Source of the DNA: a virus
Reading direction: 5' to 3' (one strand)
Length of the DNA: 64,000 bases
Virus record (IMG/VR): IMGVR_UViG_3300027833_000001
Location: 101,128 to 165,127 of that record
In this document: in pieces, positions 48,242 to 58,328 of the stretch
How the letters are laid out: the number at the start of each line of letters is the position of its first letter
Numbering within the stretch: position 1 is the stretch's first letter
Made by a program: the position numbers and the translations under genes
Notes under the pieces: generated by a model
The model's input: the letters and a program-made list of their open reading frames with translations, nothing else
Told to the model about the DNA's origin: nothing
The model's database searches: none

Positions 48242-49044
48242 CACGCATAGTTGCGATAGACTATGAAATCTCAAGTACGTGCCAAGCAAGATGCCCAGTT
48301 TGTATTCGTCAAGACGGTGGAAAACTAAAAGATTTCGTACAGACCCAAAGAACACTTGATGAAACTAAACACATCTTACATGGTGTAGCCAGTGGATTAG
48401 AGTTTGTTAAATTTTGTGGTAACTATGGTGACCCAATGGGTTGTGATGCAGTTGCAGATATATCTGAGTGGCTGATATCAGAAAATCCTAAAGTTAGAAT
48501 TGATATAGCAACTAACGGTGCTATAGGAAAACCAGATACATACCGCAGATTAGGTAAAATGGGAGTCAATGTTATATTTGGATTTGATGGATCAGATCAA
48601 GAATCTAATCAGTTGTATAGAAGAAACGTCAAGTGGTCAGATGCAATGGATAATTTAAAAGCATATAGTTCTGAATGTACCGCACAACATTCTTCTTGGC
48701 AATATTTACTGTTCAATGAAAATAAGATTAATTTAGAAAGAGCAATACAAATTGCAATAGAACATAAAATTAAAATGTTTAATATTAACGAAAGACCTAA
48801 TCCATTTTCTACCTCTTTTCATTCATCTATAGATAAGTTGTCTGGAAAATATGACATAATACAAAGCGAAGGATCAAACGATTTTAAAGAACTAGCGTCC
48901 GGGGGTGAAAAACTGCGAGTGTATTATGGTGCTGGTACGTATGATGAAAGCGATATAGAATATTCACTAACACCTGCTTATAATATGTCAGCACACATAC
49001 AAAAACTAAAGGAAAAATATGACACAGACTTGCATTTCGTATAA
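48238..49044 (+). CDS. Radical SAM protein
   Basis: CQARCPVC, GNYGDP, TNG, FGFDG, YRRNVKW. Confidence 0.85.
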   Translation: MTRIVAIDYEISSTCQARCPVCIRQDGGKLKDFVQTQRTLDETKHILHGVASGLEFVKFCGNYGDPMGCDAVADISEWLISENPKVRIDIATNGAIGKPDTYRRLGKMGVNVIFGFDGSDQESNQLYRRNVKWSDAMDNLKAYSSECTAQHSSWQYLLFNENKINLERAIQIAIEHKIKMFNINERPNPFSTSFHSSIDKLSGKYDIIQSEGSNDFKELASGGEKLRVYYGAGTYDESDIEYSLTPAYNMSAHIQKLKEKYDTDLHFV

Positions 49045-49288
49045 CTGGACACTTTCGCATACTTACATTTCAGATTTTTCAGAAAAGAATCTGAACCTCT
49101 TTATTTCTTTTGATGATAAAGTTTTTCCTTGCTGTATGACAGCTAGTCAACAACCAAAAACAGGTGTTGCTATGAATGGTAGAAACTTACAAGAAGTGGT
49201 TGATAGTGGCGAACTTAATAATATGTACTATGATGATTTGAAAAATGGTACGCCATCAAAATTCTGTGCGGAGACTTGTGGAAGATGA
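49019..49288 (+). CDS. Stand-alone SPASM/twitch-like Cys-rich domain
   Basis: C...ISFDDKVFPCC...C..TCG. Confidence 0.6.
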   Translation: MTQTCISYNWTLSHTYISDFSEKNLNLFISFDDKVFPCCMTASQQPKTGVAMNGRNLQEVVDSGELNNMYYDDLKNGTPSKFCAETCGR

Positions 49289-50082
49289 GATTAGTTCAAG
49301 GTAATTTAGCTACGATAGGTGAAGGTGCTTGTCATGCTATTGCGGAAGAAGTTCTGGAACATATGATTGTAGTCATAAGAGATCAAGAACATCTAACAAT
49401 GGATCAAGAGGTACGAATCTGTGAGATGATTGGTGAGTGCCAGAGATATGATCTGCAACCAGACAGAACAAAACATATTGCTTGCCACAAAAATATTCTC
49501 AGGGTGACTGGAGAAAAAGATGAAGATGGCGAAGAAGGATTATTTGGACATACAAGTGCATTAGATTGGCATGCCAACCAAGCATCAAATCCAGATAGAT
49601 CACCTCTTATATGGTTGAAGGCAATAAAGGGTTCACGAGGTAGTCGTACTAGCTGGATTGATATGATCAAAGCGTATGATGATTTACCAGAACAAGCCAA
49701 GATAGACTTTCAAGATTTACAGATTACTCTTGGGCATGAACATGGTAAATATTCTACTAGTCCATTCTTTAATGAACATCATTCGGTTGACAAACCAATG
49801 AATTTAGTGTATACTAATGCTCTTGGTAAAACTGGATTATACTTTCCATTTCTACAGACATTTGGTATGATAGATAAAACTGAGGAAGAGTTTCAAGAGA
49901 TTTATCAGTACTTGGTTAATCATGTTAAGCAAGAGAAGTTTATGTATCACCATGATTGGAAAGATGGTGATGTAGTTATTAGTGAGCAATGGTTGAGTAT
50001 TCATAAACGATGGCCCTTTAAGAAAATGGAAGACAGGGTACTCCACAGAATTGCTTTTGATTATTCTAAAATAGGAATTTAA
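49285..50082 (+). CDS. TauD/TfdA-family dioxygenase-like protein
   Basis: DWHAN, TSWIDM..AYDDL, HDWKDGDVV, H.R...R.LHR. Confidence 0.75.
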   Translation: MRLVQGNLATIGEGACHAIAEEVLEHMIVVIRDQEHLTMDQEVRICEMIGECQRYDLQPDRTKHIACHKNILRVTGEKDEDGEEGLFGHTSALDWHANQASNPDRSPLIWLKAIKGSRGSRTSWIDMIKAYDDLPEQAKIDFQDLQITLGHEHGKYSTSPFFNEHHSVDKPMNLVYTNALGKTGLYFPFLQTFGMIDKTEEEFQEIYQYLVNHVKQEKFMYHHDWKDGDVVISEQWLSIHKRWPFKKMEDRVLHRIAFDYSKIGI

Positions 50083-50083
50083 A

Positions 50084-50464
50084 ATGCCAGATATTCAATC
50101 AACAGTAGAGTCTTTCATGTTGAAAGCTAACCAACCACCAGAGATCACAGCCAAGTTTCGTGGTACTGATCAAGAACATCTATACATGGATCTTGTTACT
50201 GAAGAGTTCCTCGAACTTAACGGTGCATTCAGTGCTAAAGATATAGTTGAGACTGCTGATGCAATTGCCGACTTGGTATGGGTACTTATGGGTCTTGCAT
50301 CTACTCTTGGTATACCATTTGACCCTGTGTGGGAGGAAGTGAAACGATCCAACGAAAGTAAAGTTACCGATGGTAAATTGCTGAAGAACGTGAAGACTGG
50401 TAAAGTTATGAAGCCCGATACATATTCAGCACCTGACTTAGAAGCGATACTCGATGAGTCTTAG
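50084..50464 (+). CDS. MazG-like/PRA-PH NTP pyrophosphohydrolase
   Basis: EEFLE, DAIADL, EV.RSN.SK, GKVMKP. Confidence 0.8.
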   Translation: MPDIQSTVESFMLKANQPPEITAKFRGTDQEHLYMDLVTEEFLELNGAFSAKDIVETADAIADLVWVLMGLASTLGIPFDPVWEEVKRSNESKVTDGKLLKNVKTGKVMKPDTYSAPDLEAILDES

Positions 50465-50909
50465 TGATTTAATTGGCGTAGCACCAAGAGAAGAGATCGA
50501 TGTTGAGTCTTTCAAAGTAAAGAAGAAAGCTATCAGCCCATTCGATTTTGCTAACAGCATTAACCATAGTAAAGAAAATCTTATGGTAGATGATTGGTCA
50601 GAGAAGCAGTATAGTCCATTCATTGTCAACAAAGCGATGTCGTATTCAAGCGATACAGTCAAGATTGCCAATGAGATGAACTCTCGCCCTCATATTGACC
50701 ACAGATTACAATACGATTTTCTGAAAAGTATGGTACGTAAAAAGAAACGATATAATAAATGGCTAAAACCTGAGAAAGAAGAACGACTAGCAATAGTAAA
50801 AGAGTACTTTGGATACAACAATACCAAAGCACAAGAAGCGTTACGGATATTAAGCGAAGATAACCTCAAAGAGATTGAAGACCGTCTATTTAAAGGTGGC
50901 AAAATCTAA
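50454..50909 (+). CDS. gp62: Clamp loader small subunit gp62
   Basis: Y.PF.VNK, NEMN, QYDF, KEYFGY...KA; synteny before regA. Confidence 0.88.
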   Translation: MSLSDLIGVAPREEIDVESFKVKKKAISPFDFANSINHSKENLMVDDWSEKQYSPFIVNKAMSYSSDTVKIANEMNSRPHIDHRLQYDFLKSMVRKKKRYNKWLKPEKEERLAIVKEYFGYNNTKAQEALRILSEDNLKEIEDRLFKGGKI

Positions 50910-50913
50910 ATTT

Positions 50914-50921
50914 TATAAATA
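50914..50921 (+). promoter_or_regulatory. Late promoter upstream of regA
   Basis: TATAAATA. Confidence 0.7.
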
Positions 50922-50963
50922 CAGTTATATTAACATGAATTTATTTTTATAGGTATAACTGAA

Positions 50964-51383
50964 ATGAGTGAAGACTTCTTTGCTATTGACTTTCCTGGCT
51001 ATGAACCCCTTGAAATCAAGCTAAAAAAATCCGATGACTTCCTAAAAGTAAGAGAGACACTCTCAAGAATTGGAGTTGCATCCAAAAAAGATAAAGTACT
51101 TTATCAATCTTGTCACATATTACACAAGCAAGGTAGATATTTTGTCACACACTTTAAGGAACTTTTTGCATTGGATGGTAAAGATGCAGACTTTACAGAG
51201 AACGATATCCAACGAAGAAATACTATTGCTAAGTTGCTGTCCGATTGGGGCTTAGTAGATGTAATTGAGGAAGATAGATTCTTTGAAGACTGTGCCCCTC
51301 TATCACAAATTAAGGTTTTAGCCTTTAAAGAAAAAGACGAATGGTCTTTAGTAACTAAGTATAATATTGGAAAGAAAAGATAA
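50964..51383 (+). CDS. regA: Translational repressor RegA
   Basis: DDFLKVRETLSRIG, LYQSCHILHKQGRY, HFKELF. Confidence 0.95.
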   Translation: MSEDFFAIDFPGYEPLEIKLKKSDDFLKVRETLSRIGVASKKDKVLYQSCHILHKQGRYFVTHFKELFALDGKDADFTENDIQRRNTIAKLLSDWGLVDVIEEDRFFEDCAPLSQIKVLAFKEKDEWSLVTKYNIGKKR

Positions 51384-51444
51384 TCCGCTACTATGATATT
51401 TATTCATAGAGGTTATTCACTACATCTTTTATTATATATAGTAG

Positions 51445-51535
51445 TGTAATAAGAAAAGTTTTTTATTACATTTAGTCCGAGATGCCTTGAAGTTCAGGAT
51501 CTCAAATTACATAACTCGCTGAAAAGGAGACAACA
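51445..51535 (+). promoter_or_regulatory. ROSE-like RNA thermometer leader of hsp20
   Basis: Upstream hairpins, then CTCGCT-GAAA-AGGAG (51515-51529) sequestering the SD. Confidence 0.6.
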
Positions 51536-51991
51536 ATGGTACGAAAGTATACCCATGCCGATGTCGGCAAAATCTTTGAAAGACTAGACACCTACTCTGT
51601 AGGTTTCGACAAGGTGTTTGACACACTTACGACCGCAAATGAAGTACAAAGCGGTTACCCCCCTTATAATATAATTACGGCTGAAGATAATGAGCATTTC
51701 ATTATTGAAATAGCCGCCGCTGGTTTTACAGAGGATGAGTTTAATATCCATGTAGTTCCTGGTGGCAACCAGTTAGTAGTTCAAGGTGTACAGGATAGGG
51801 GTGAGTCAGAACCAGAGTATTACCATAAAGGAATAGCCGCAAGAAACTTTACACGTACATTTGCATTAGCCGATGGGGTAAAAGTAGAAGGAGCAGAATT
51901 CATAAATGGTATGTTACTTATTACGTTAAAACGAGAGATACCCGAAGATCAAAAACCAATTGAAATTAAAGTCAAAAAAGGAGCAAAATGA
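51536..51991 (+). CDS. hsp20: Small heat shock protein Hsp20 (IbpA-like)
   Basis: YPPYNI, EIAAAGF, HKGIAARNF...F.L, NGML. Confidence 0.92.
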   Translation: MVRKYTHADVGKIFERLDTYSVGFDKVFDTLTTANEVQSGYPPYNIITAEDNEHFIIEIAAAGFTEDEFNIHVVPGGNQLVVQGVQDRGESEPEYYHKGIAARNFTRTFALADGVKVEGAEFINGMLLITLKREIPEDQKPIEIKVKKGAK

Positions 51992-52107
51992 ACACCCTCA
52001 AGAAATACATTAAAGAATGCGATGGAGCTTTCTGTGATACCGTTCTGCTAATAGCGTTTTCTATTGCAGTAATGTCAGTCATGGTCCTTTCACTAGCACA
52101 ACTTTAA
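51988..52107 (+). CDS. Small membrane peptide (39 aa, not in ORF track)
   Basis: MNTLKKYIKECDGAFCDTVLLIAFSIAVMSVMVLSLAQL; AGGAG RBS; ATGA overlap. Confidence 0.6.
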   Translation: MNTLKKYIKECDGAFCDTVLLIAFSIAVMSVMVLSLAQL

Positions 52108-52133
52108 CAGAAAATAATATTATGGAGTCCACT

Positions 52134-52514
52134 ATGAGTGACAACGAACAAAGTACAACTGAGCAACAACTAGCGACACCACATTTATGTGGAATTACCC
52201 TTACTAGCGGGGAAGACATTATCTGTATTCTGAAGTTAGAAACAGATAAGAATAGATACTTGATGTCTAATCCAGCCCTAGTGTTAATGAAGCCGTCTGA
52301 TACTGAAGAGGGAAAGTTTCAGATTGTTTTCAGTCCTTATTGTCCTGCCGCTCATAGTGGACAAGTTTCTATAAAAATAAACTCAGTGGTTGCACTCTAC
52401 GCACCACAAGAAGTAATCGGTGATCAGTACCGAGCCATATTCAGACATCCTGGTCTGGTAGATATGGTACCTAAAGAAGAGCCTGAAGAGAAAAAGCCAA
52501 CATTTAAAGGTTGA
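52134..52514 (+). CDS. Hypothetical protein (conserved position before gp43)
   Basis: LTSGEDII...NP motif, Sm-like. Confidence 0.7.
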   Translation: MSDNEQSTTEQQLATPHLCGITLTSGEDIICILKLETDKNRYLMSNPALVLMKPSDTEEGKFQIVFSPYCPAAHSGQVSIKINSVVALYAPQEVIGDQYRAIFRHPGLVDMVPKEEPEEKKPTFKG

Positions 52515-52539
52515 CATTTGGTCGACACTGTAGTATAAT
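52511..52539 (+). promoter_or_regulatory. Sigma70-like promoter for gp43
   Basis: TTGACA-17-TATAAT. Confidence 0.8.
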
Positions 52540-52571
52540 GTATCTTAATGATTCAATGGTGAAATATCTTC

Positions 52572-55076
52572 ATGTCCCAATTCTATTCCTATGCCTGGCA
52601 ATACGGCAATAAAATACTTACCCGCGGACTCCGTGATGGTAAATCTTTCATAGAAAGACAACCCTTTAAACCAACTCTATATGTTCGCAACGATAAAGAC
52701 TCACAGTACAAGGGTCTTTATGGTGAGAACTTAAAGTCTGTAGAGTTTGGTGACAATCGTGATTGTAAAGATTTTGTAGACAAGTACTCCAAGATCGATA
52801 ACTATCCTATCTACGGTCAAACAGACCTCACTTACCAATATCTTTCTTCAAAATATCCTGATACAGTCAAATTTGATTTGAGTCAGTTGAGCATTCAGAC
52901 AATAGATATTGAGACTACCACAGAACATGGCTTTCCAAATGTTGATGAACCAATCGAAGAAGTTCTATTGATATCGATGGTCGATAACGCAACCAAAAAA
53001 GTTCGCACTTGGGGTTCTGGTGAATGGAAACCACAATCACCTGAGATTGAAGACATTGATGTTGAGTATATAGTTTGTGCGGATGAGTATGATCTGTTGG
53101 AGAAATTCATGTCTTGGTGGGTCAATGACTACCCTGATATTATTACTGGTTGGAATAGTAAGTTCTTTGATATTGCGTATCTAGTCAGTCGTATTGATAG
53201 AGTCTTTGGTAACGATGCTAAGAATTCTCTCAGTCCATTTGGCATGACAAGATCGCGTACAACAACTATCAATAACAGAGAGCAACTTTCGTATGATATT
53301 AAAGGTATCTCACAGTTAGATTATCTTGACCTGTACAAGAAGTTCACATATGGTGCCCGAGAAAATTACAAGCTAGATTATATTGCTGAAGAAGAACTTG
53401 GTCACAAGAAACTTGAAAACAATTTTGATACCTTTAAAGAATTCTATGTCAATGACTGGAATCGTTTCATTGATTATAATATTATCGATGCAAAATTGGT
53501 AGATGAACTTGATGACAAGATGAAGTTGCTAGAACTAATTGCCACTATGGCATATGACTGCAAGTGTAACTTTGAAGATATATTCTCTTCGGTTCGTACT
53601 TGGGATTGTTTGTTATATAATCACTTGTTAGAAAAAAACATTATGATTCCACAGAAGGAAGATAAAGCCAGTCGTGGTATCAAAGGTGGTTACGTACAAG
53701 AACCAGTTCCCGGTAAGTACAAGTGGGTTGTATCAGTCGATGCTACTTCCCTATACCCATCTATCATCATGCAACACAATCTATCGCCTGAAATGTTCTT
53801 AGATATTAAGCCACTTGATTGTACTGTAGATGGTCTGTTAGAAAATAGATATGATACGAGTGGTCTTGTGGCTAGAAATGCTTCAATGGCTGCCAATGGT
53901 TTTTGTTTTGATAGAAGAAGTCAAGGTCTATTCCCAGAGATAACTCAAAAGTTTTTTGATGATCGTCAACGATACAAGAAGTTGATGAAAGAAGCAGAGA
54001 AAGAATACGAAAAGACTAAGAACAAAGATTTACTGGCTGATATCTCCAAGTACAATAACTTTCAGATGGCTAGAAAGATTCAGTTGAACTCTCTGTTTGG
54101 TGCTATGGGTAACAAGTACTTCAGATATTTTGATGAGAGAATTGCAGAGGGTATCACACTAACTGGTCAGTATATCATTCGTGAGACTGCCCGTGCTGTA
54201 AATGAATATTTAAATAAATTCTGTGGCACTGAAGATGTTGAGTATAGTTTTTATACTGATACTGATTCATGCTACATCACATTGGATGTCCTTGTAGAAA
54301 AGTTTCTCAAAGATAAATCACATACTGAAATCATTGATGCACTTGACAAGATTACCGAAGACAAGATAGAGCCATGTATCAACAAAGCCATGTCTAATCT
54401 TTCTAAGTATACAAATGCATTTGAAGATAAGATATTCTTCAAGCGAGAAGCCATTGCCGACAGTGGTATCTTTGTTTCAAAGAAACGCTATGCCCTTAAT
54501 GTATATGACAACGAAGGTGTTAGATATGCTGAACCTAAACTAAAAGTTATGGGCTTAGAGATCGTCAGGTCTTCTACACCAGCACCAGTTAGACAGTCAT
54601 TACGTGACGCTGTGGCACTTTGTCTCAATAAAGATGAGAAAGCATTACAAGAATATGTTGAAGAACACTGGCAAGCATTCAAGAATATGACTCCAGAACA
54701 GATTGCATTCCCACGTGGATGTAACAATCTGGCTAAGTACACAAGTGGTATTAGCATCTATGCCAAAGGTACACCAATCGCTGTTCGTGGTGCCTTGATG
54801 TATAATCATCAACTCAAAGGCTCTAAGTTGACGAATAGATATGAGTATATCAAAGAGGGTGACAAAGTAAAGTTTTTGTATCTCAAAGAGCCAAACTTAA
54901 TTAGAGAAAATGTTATATCATTTATTGGTAAATTACCACCTGAGTTTGATCTACATCAATATGTTGATTACGAAATGATGTTTGAAAAAGCATTCATTGA
55001 GCCACTTCAAAATATTACCAAGAGTCTAAATTGGGATACTAGACCAGTCGCTTCACTTATGGATTTATTTGTTTAG
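52572..55076 (+). CDS. gp43: Family B DNA polymerase gp43
   Basis: DIET, DATSLYPS, KIQLNSLFG, YTDTDS, KKRY. Confidence 0.97.
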   Translation: MSQFYSYAWQYGNKILTRGLRDGKSFIERQPFKPTLYVRNDKDSQYKGLYGENLKSVEFGDNRDCKDFVDKYSKIDNYPIYGQTDLTYQYLSSKYPDTVKFDLSQLSIQTIDIETTTEHGFPNVDEPIEEVLLISMVDNATKKVRTWGSGEWKPQSPEIEDIDVEYIVCADEYDLLEKFMSWWVNDYPDIITGWNSKFFDIAYLVSRIDRVFGNDAKNSLSPFGMTRSRTTTINNREQLSYDIKGISQLDYLDLYKKFTYGARENYKLDYIAEEELGHKKLENNFDTFKEFYVNDWNRFIDYNIIDAKLVDELDDKMKLLELIATMAYDCKCNFEDIFSSVRTWDCLLYNHLLEKNIMIPQKEDKASRGIKGGYVQEPVPGKYKWVVSVDATSLYPSIIMQHNLSPEMFLDIKPLDCTVDGLLENRYDTSGLVARNASMAANGFCFDRRSQGLFPEITQKFFDDRQRYKKLMKEAEKEYEKTKNKDLLADISKYNNFQMARKIQLNSLFGAMGNKYFRYFDERIAEGITLTGQYIIRETARAVNEYLNKFCGTEDVEYSFYTDTDSCYITLDVLVEKFLKDKSHTEIIDALDKITEDKIEPCINKAMSNLSKYTNAFEDKIFFKREAIADSGIFVSKKRYALNVYDNEGVRYAEPKLKVMGLEIVRSSTPAPVRQSLRDAVALCLNKDEKALQEYVEEHWQAFKNMTPEQIAFPRGCNNLAKYTSGISIYAKGTPIAVRGALMYNHQLKGSKLTNRYEYIKEGDKVKFLYLKEPNLIRENVISFIGKLPPEFDLHQYVDYEMMFEKAFIEPLQNITKSLNWDTRPVASLMDLFV

Positions 55077-55083
55077 AAATAAC

Positions 55084-55112
55084 TTGACAAACGAATCAAT
55101 ACCAGATATAAT
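55084..55112 (+). promoter_or_regulatory. Sigma70-like promoter
   Basis: TTGACA-17-TATAAT. Confidence 0.8.
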
Positions 55113-55130
55113 GCACGAAAGGAGAATAAA

Positions 55131-55571
55131 ATGATGAAAGAAGTTCGTAGGTTTAAGATTGAACCACAGTGGAAAAAGTCTGTAGTTGAATCAGAATTCT
55201 TTAGACACCCAGAAAAGACTGGAACCATTGAAGTGGTTGTCTGTTGGCGTGGCGGAGAATATTACATTGACATCGATGATGATAACATCGAGGAACTCAC
55301 CATGATGGATCAAGCAATGAAAGATCCAGAAGAAGCATTTGAAGTAACAGCGTTTGAGGGTTGGGAATTAGATTCCACATGGGATGGTGTATCAGAAGAT
55401 TTATATTTTCATAATATGGATGCAGACTTTGATGAAGAAGCATTCAAAGAAGAGTATGATGGTGACGATGGTGGTTGGGACTACCTAGTAGAAGATCAAA
55501 GATGGGACGCAGATTCATGTGAAATATGGATTCAGAATGGCGTGACAATAACAGAGGAAAAATCAATATGA
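55131..55571 (+). CDS. Acidic hypothetical protein
   Basis: AGGAG RBS; 146 aa. Confidence 0.7.
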   Translation: MMKEVRRFKIEPQWKKSVVESEFFRHPEKTGTIEVVVCWRGGEYYIDIDDDNIEELTMMDQAMKDPEEAFEVTAFEGWELDSTWDGVSEDLYFHNMDADFDEEAFKEEYDGDDGGWDYLVEDQRWDADSCEIWIQNGVTITEEKSI

Positions 55572-56629
55572 GTTTAATGGAAAAGATTAAAAAGAATTCG
55601 ACAATTAAAGAAACGAGCATACTCACAGACTCAAGATTCTTTAATACAAAAGAACTAATTCAGACAACAGTACCCGCATTGAATGTAGCATTGTCTGGTA
55701 AACTAGATGGTGGTCTTACACCTGGACTGACAGTATTTGCTGGTCCATCAAAACACTTTAAGACCGCATTCGCATTACTGTTATCGAAATCATTTCTTGA
55801 CAAGTATGATGATGGTGTGATACTATTCTATGACTCAGAGTTTGGATCACCGCAAGGTTATTTCCAGTCTTTTGGTATTGATACGGATAGAGTTATGCAT
55901 ACACCGATTACTGATATCGAACAACTCAAGCATGATATCATGTCACAGTTGAATGACTTTAGTCCTAGTGATCATGTTATGATCATCGTAGACTCTGTTG
56001 GTAATCTAGCAAGTAAGAAAGAAGTTGATGATGCACTAGATGGTAAATCTGTAGCAGATATGACCCGTGCTAAACAAATGAAATCTCTATTCCGTATGAT
56101 TACACCACATCTGACAATGAAAGATATTCCAGCAGTCGTAGTGAACCATACATACAAAGAGATTGGAATGTTCCCTAAAGATATTGTGTCTGGCGGTACT
56201 GGAATTTATTACTCTGCGGATAACATCTTCATCATTGGTCGCCAACAAGATAAGCAAGGCACAGAACTGATGGGCTATAATTTTATTATCAATGTTGAGA
56301 AGTCAAGATATGTCCGAGAGAAATCTAAGATACCTCTTGAAGTCTCATTCGAAGGTGGTATAAGTAAATGGTCTGGACTGTTAGACATGGCACAAGAATC
56401 TGGTCATGTAATAAAACCAAAAATTGGTTGGTACAAAATAGCATCTGATGGCGAAGATGGAAAAAATTATCGTGCAAAAGAAACTTACACAAAAGATTTT
56501 TGGTTACCAATTCTTACTGATCCTACTTTCATATCGTGGATCGAGAAACGATATCTAATTTCTAGTGAAGCCATTATGAATGAAGAAGTAAGCCAAGATG
56601 ATATTGCCGAAGCATATGGTTCTGAATAA
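55568..56629 (+). CDS. uvsX: Recombinase UvsX
   Basis: AGPSKHFKT, YDSEFG, DSVGNLAS, SGGTG. Confidence 0.95.
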   Translation: MSLMEKIKKNSTIKETSILTDSRFFNTKELIQTTVPALNVALSGKLDGGLTPGLTVFAGPSKHFKTAFALLLSKSFLDKYDDGVILFYDSEFGSPQGYFQSFGIDTDRVMHTPITDIEQLKHDIMSQLNDFSPSDHVMIIVDSVGNLASKKEVDDALDGKSVADMTRAKQMKSLFRMITPHLTMKDIPAVVVNHTYKEIGMFPKDIVSGGTGIYYSADNIFIIGRQQDKQGTELMGYNFIINVEKSRYVREKSKIPLEVSFEGGISKWSGLLDMAQESGHVIKPKIGWYKIASDGEDGKNYRAKETYTKDFWLPILTDPTFISWIEKRYLISSEAIMNEEVSQDDIAEAYGSE

Positions 56630-56799
56630 TGGCTGTATGCGATAGATGTGAAAACAATATAAACGAAGCAACCGATGAAGCTATCTGTTTTGAAGGTGAA
56701 AATGGTAAATTGTATTTGTGTTCGCAGTGTGTAAACGAGATAGAAAGAGAAGTCTTTTCTACAATGAACGACCAAAACCTTAGGGAAACAAATGGATAA
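56629..56799 (+). CDS. Small C4 zinc-finger protein (56 aa, not in ORF track)
   Basis: MAVCDRCE...LYLCSQCVNEI; TAATG coupling to uvsX. Confidence 0.65.
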   Translation: MAVCDRCENNINEATDEAICFEGENGKLYLCSQCVNEIEREVFSTMNDQNLRETNG

Positions 56800-58171
56800 T
56801 ATTGAGCAAATTATAATTGCACACCTGGCACATGATGAAGATTATCTTAGAAAAGTAATTCCATTTGTGAAAGAAGAATATTTTAGCGAGCCAGATACTC
56901 GCCAGGTATTCGTTTCGATTGCAGACTTTGTTGTTAAATACAATAGTTTACCATCGAAGTCTGCCCTATTGATTGCACTACAAGACAACAGGGCTGTAAC
57001 TGAAGATTTGTACCATAGATGTGAAACAATCATCAATGCATTACAGATGACAGACAATCCAAAAGAATGGTTGATTGATGAGACAGAATCTTTCTGTAAA
57101 CAGAAAGCCCTTTACAATGCTATCATGCAATCTATTCAGATTATTGATGGTAACGATACAGTGTACAGTAAAGACGCTTTACCAGACATTCTATCTACAG
57201 CACTTGGTGTAGGGTTTGATACAAACATAGGACATGATTATGTTGAGAACGCTGATGATCGATATGATTTTTATCATAGAGAAGAAGAGAAGATTCCATT
57301 CGACTTAGATTATTTCAATAAGATTACTGAAGGTGGTCTACTAAATAAGACATTGAATGTTGCACTTGCTGGAACTGGTGTTGGTAAATCTCTATTCATG
57401 TGTCACATGGCAGCCTCTTGCATTCAACAAGGAAAGAATGTTCTTTACATCACATTAGAGATGGCAGAAGAACGTATAGCAGAACGTATAGATGCCAACT
57501 TGATGAATGTCGCTATACAAGACTTGAAAGATTTGTCTAGAACAATGTTCAGTGACCGTGTAGAAAAGATTAAAGGCAAAGTTGATGGTAAATTAATCAT
57601 CAAGGAATATCCAACCGCATCTGCCCATGCAGGGCATTTTAAGGCACTGTTAGATGAACTTACCCTCAAGAAGAATTTTACTCCACATATTATTTTTATC
57701 GATTATCTTAATATTTGCACTTCCAGCAGGATAAGAGGTGGGAATGCCAATTCATATACAATCATAAAAAGTATTGCTGAAGAGTTGCGTGGTCTAGCTG
57801 TTCAAACTAATCTTCCAATCGTCACAGCTACACAGACCACTAGAGGTGGCTACAATAATAGTGATGTTGAACTGACTGATACGTCAGAATCATTTGGACT
57901 ACCAGCAACTGCCGATCTTATGTTTGCCCTTATAAGTACTGAAGAGTTAGAACAGCAAGGTCATATGATGGTCAAACAATTAAAGAATCGATACAGTGAT
58001 CCAACTAGAAACAAACGATTCATGGTTGGTGTTGATCGTGCTAAGATGCGATTGTATGATCTAGAAGAATCGGCTCAACAAAATATCACAGATTCTGGTC
58101 AAGATTCTGGTCCAGTCTTTGATAGAACTGATGCTGGTATGCGTGGCGGTCTACAAGATATAAAGTATTAG
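56792..58171 (+). CDS. gp41: Replicative helicase gp41
   Basis: AGTGVGKS, LEMAEE, IDYLN, SESFGLP, QLKNRY. Confidence 0.95.
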   Translation: MDNIEQIIIAHLAHDEDYLRKVIPFVKEEYFSEPDTRQVFVSIADFVVKYNSLPSKSALLIALQDNRAVTEDLYHRCETIINALQMTDNPKEWLIDETESFCKQKALYNAIMQSIQIIDGNDTVYSKDALPDILSTALGVGFDTNIGHDYVENADDRYDFYHREEEKIPFDLDYFNKITEGGLLNKTLNVALAGTGVGKSLFMCHMAASCIQQGKNVLYITLEMAEERIAERIDANLMNVAIQDLKDLSRTMFSDRVEKIKGKVDGKLIIKEYPTASAHAGHFKALLDELTLKKNFTPHIIFIDYLNICTSSRIRGGNANSYTIIKSIAEELRGLAVQTNLPIVTATQTTRGGYNNSDVELTDTSESFGLPATADLMFALISTEELEQQGHMMVKQLKNRYSDPTRNKRFMVGVDRAKMRLYDLEESAQQNITDSGQDSGPVFDRTDAGMRGGLQDIKY

Positions 58172-58174
58172 TAG

Positions 58175-58182
58175 TATAAATA
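58175..58182 (+). promoter_or_regulatory. Late promoter for putative lysis cassette
   Basis: TATAAATA. Confidence 0.7.
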
Positions 58183-58187
58183 GCATT

Positions 58188-58328
58188 ATGGATATTGATG
58201 AGCAAAAAGAAGAGATTGAACACCAGAGACAACAGAACTTGTTTCAAGAGAAATCTCTAAAAGACCAAGAGAAAGCAATTCAAGAACAGCAAGATCGAAT
58301 TGCTAAATTGTTAGGAGGTGAAATATGA
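58188..58328 (+). CDS. Small coiled-coil protein (46 aa, not in ORF track)
   Basis: MDIDEQKEEIEHQRQQ...IAKLLGGEI. Confidence 0.55.
   Translation: MDIDEQKEEIEHQRQQNLFQEKSLKDQEKAIQEQQDRIAKLLGGEI

Noticed and set aside
18893-58171. Introns, inteins or homing endonucleases in gp17, gp43, gp41, uvsW, uvsX
   Set aside because: ORFs are continuous and of ordinary length, with no intein or endonuclease motifs seen
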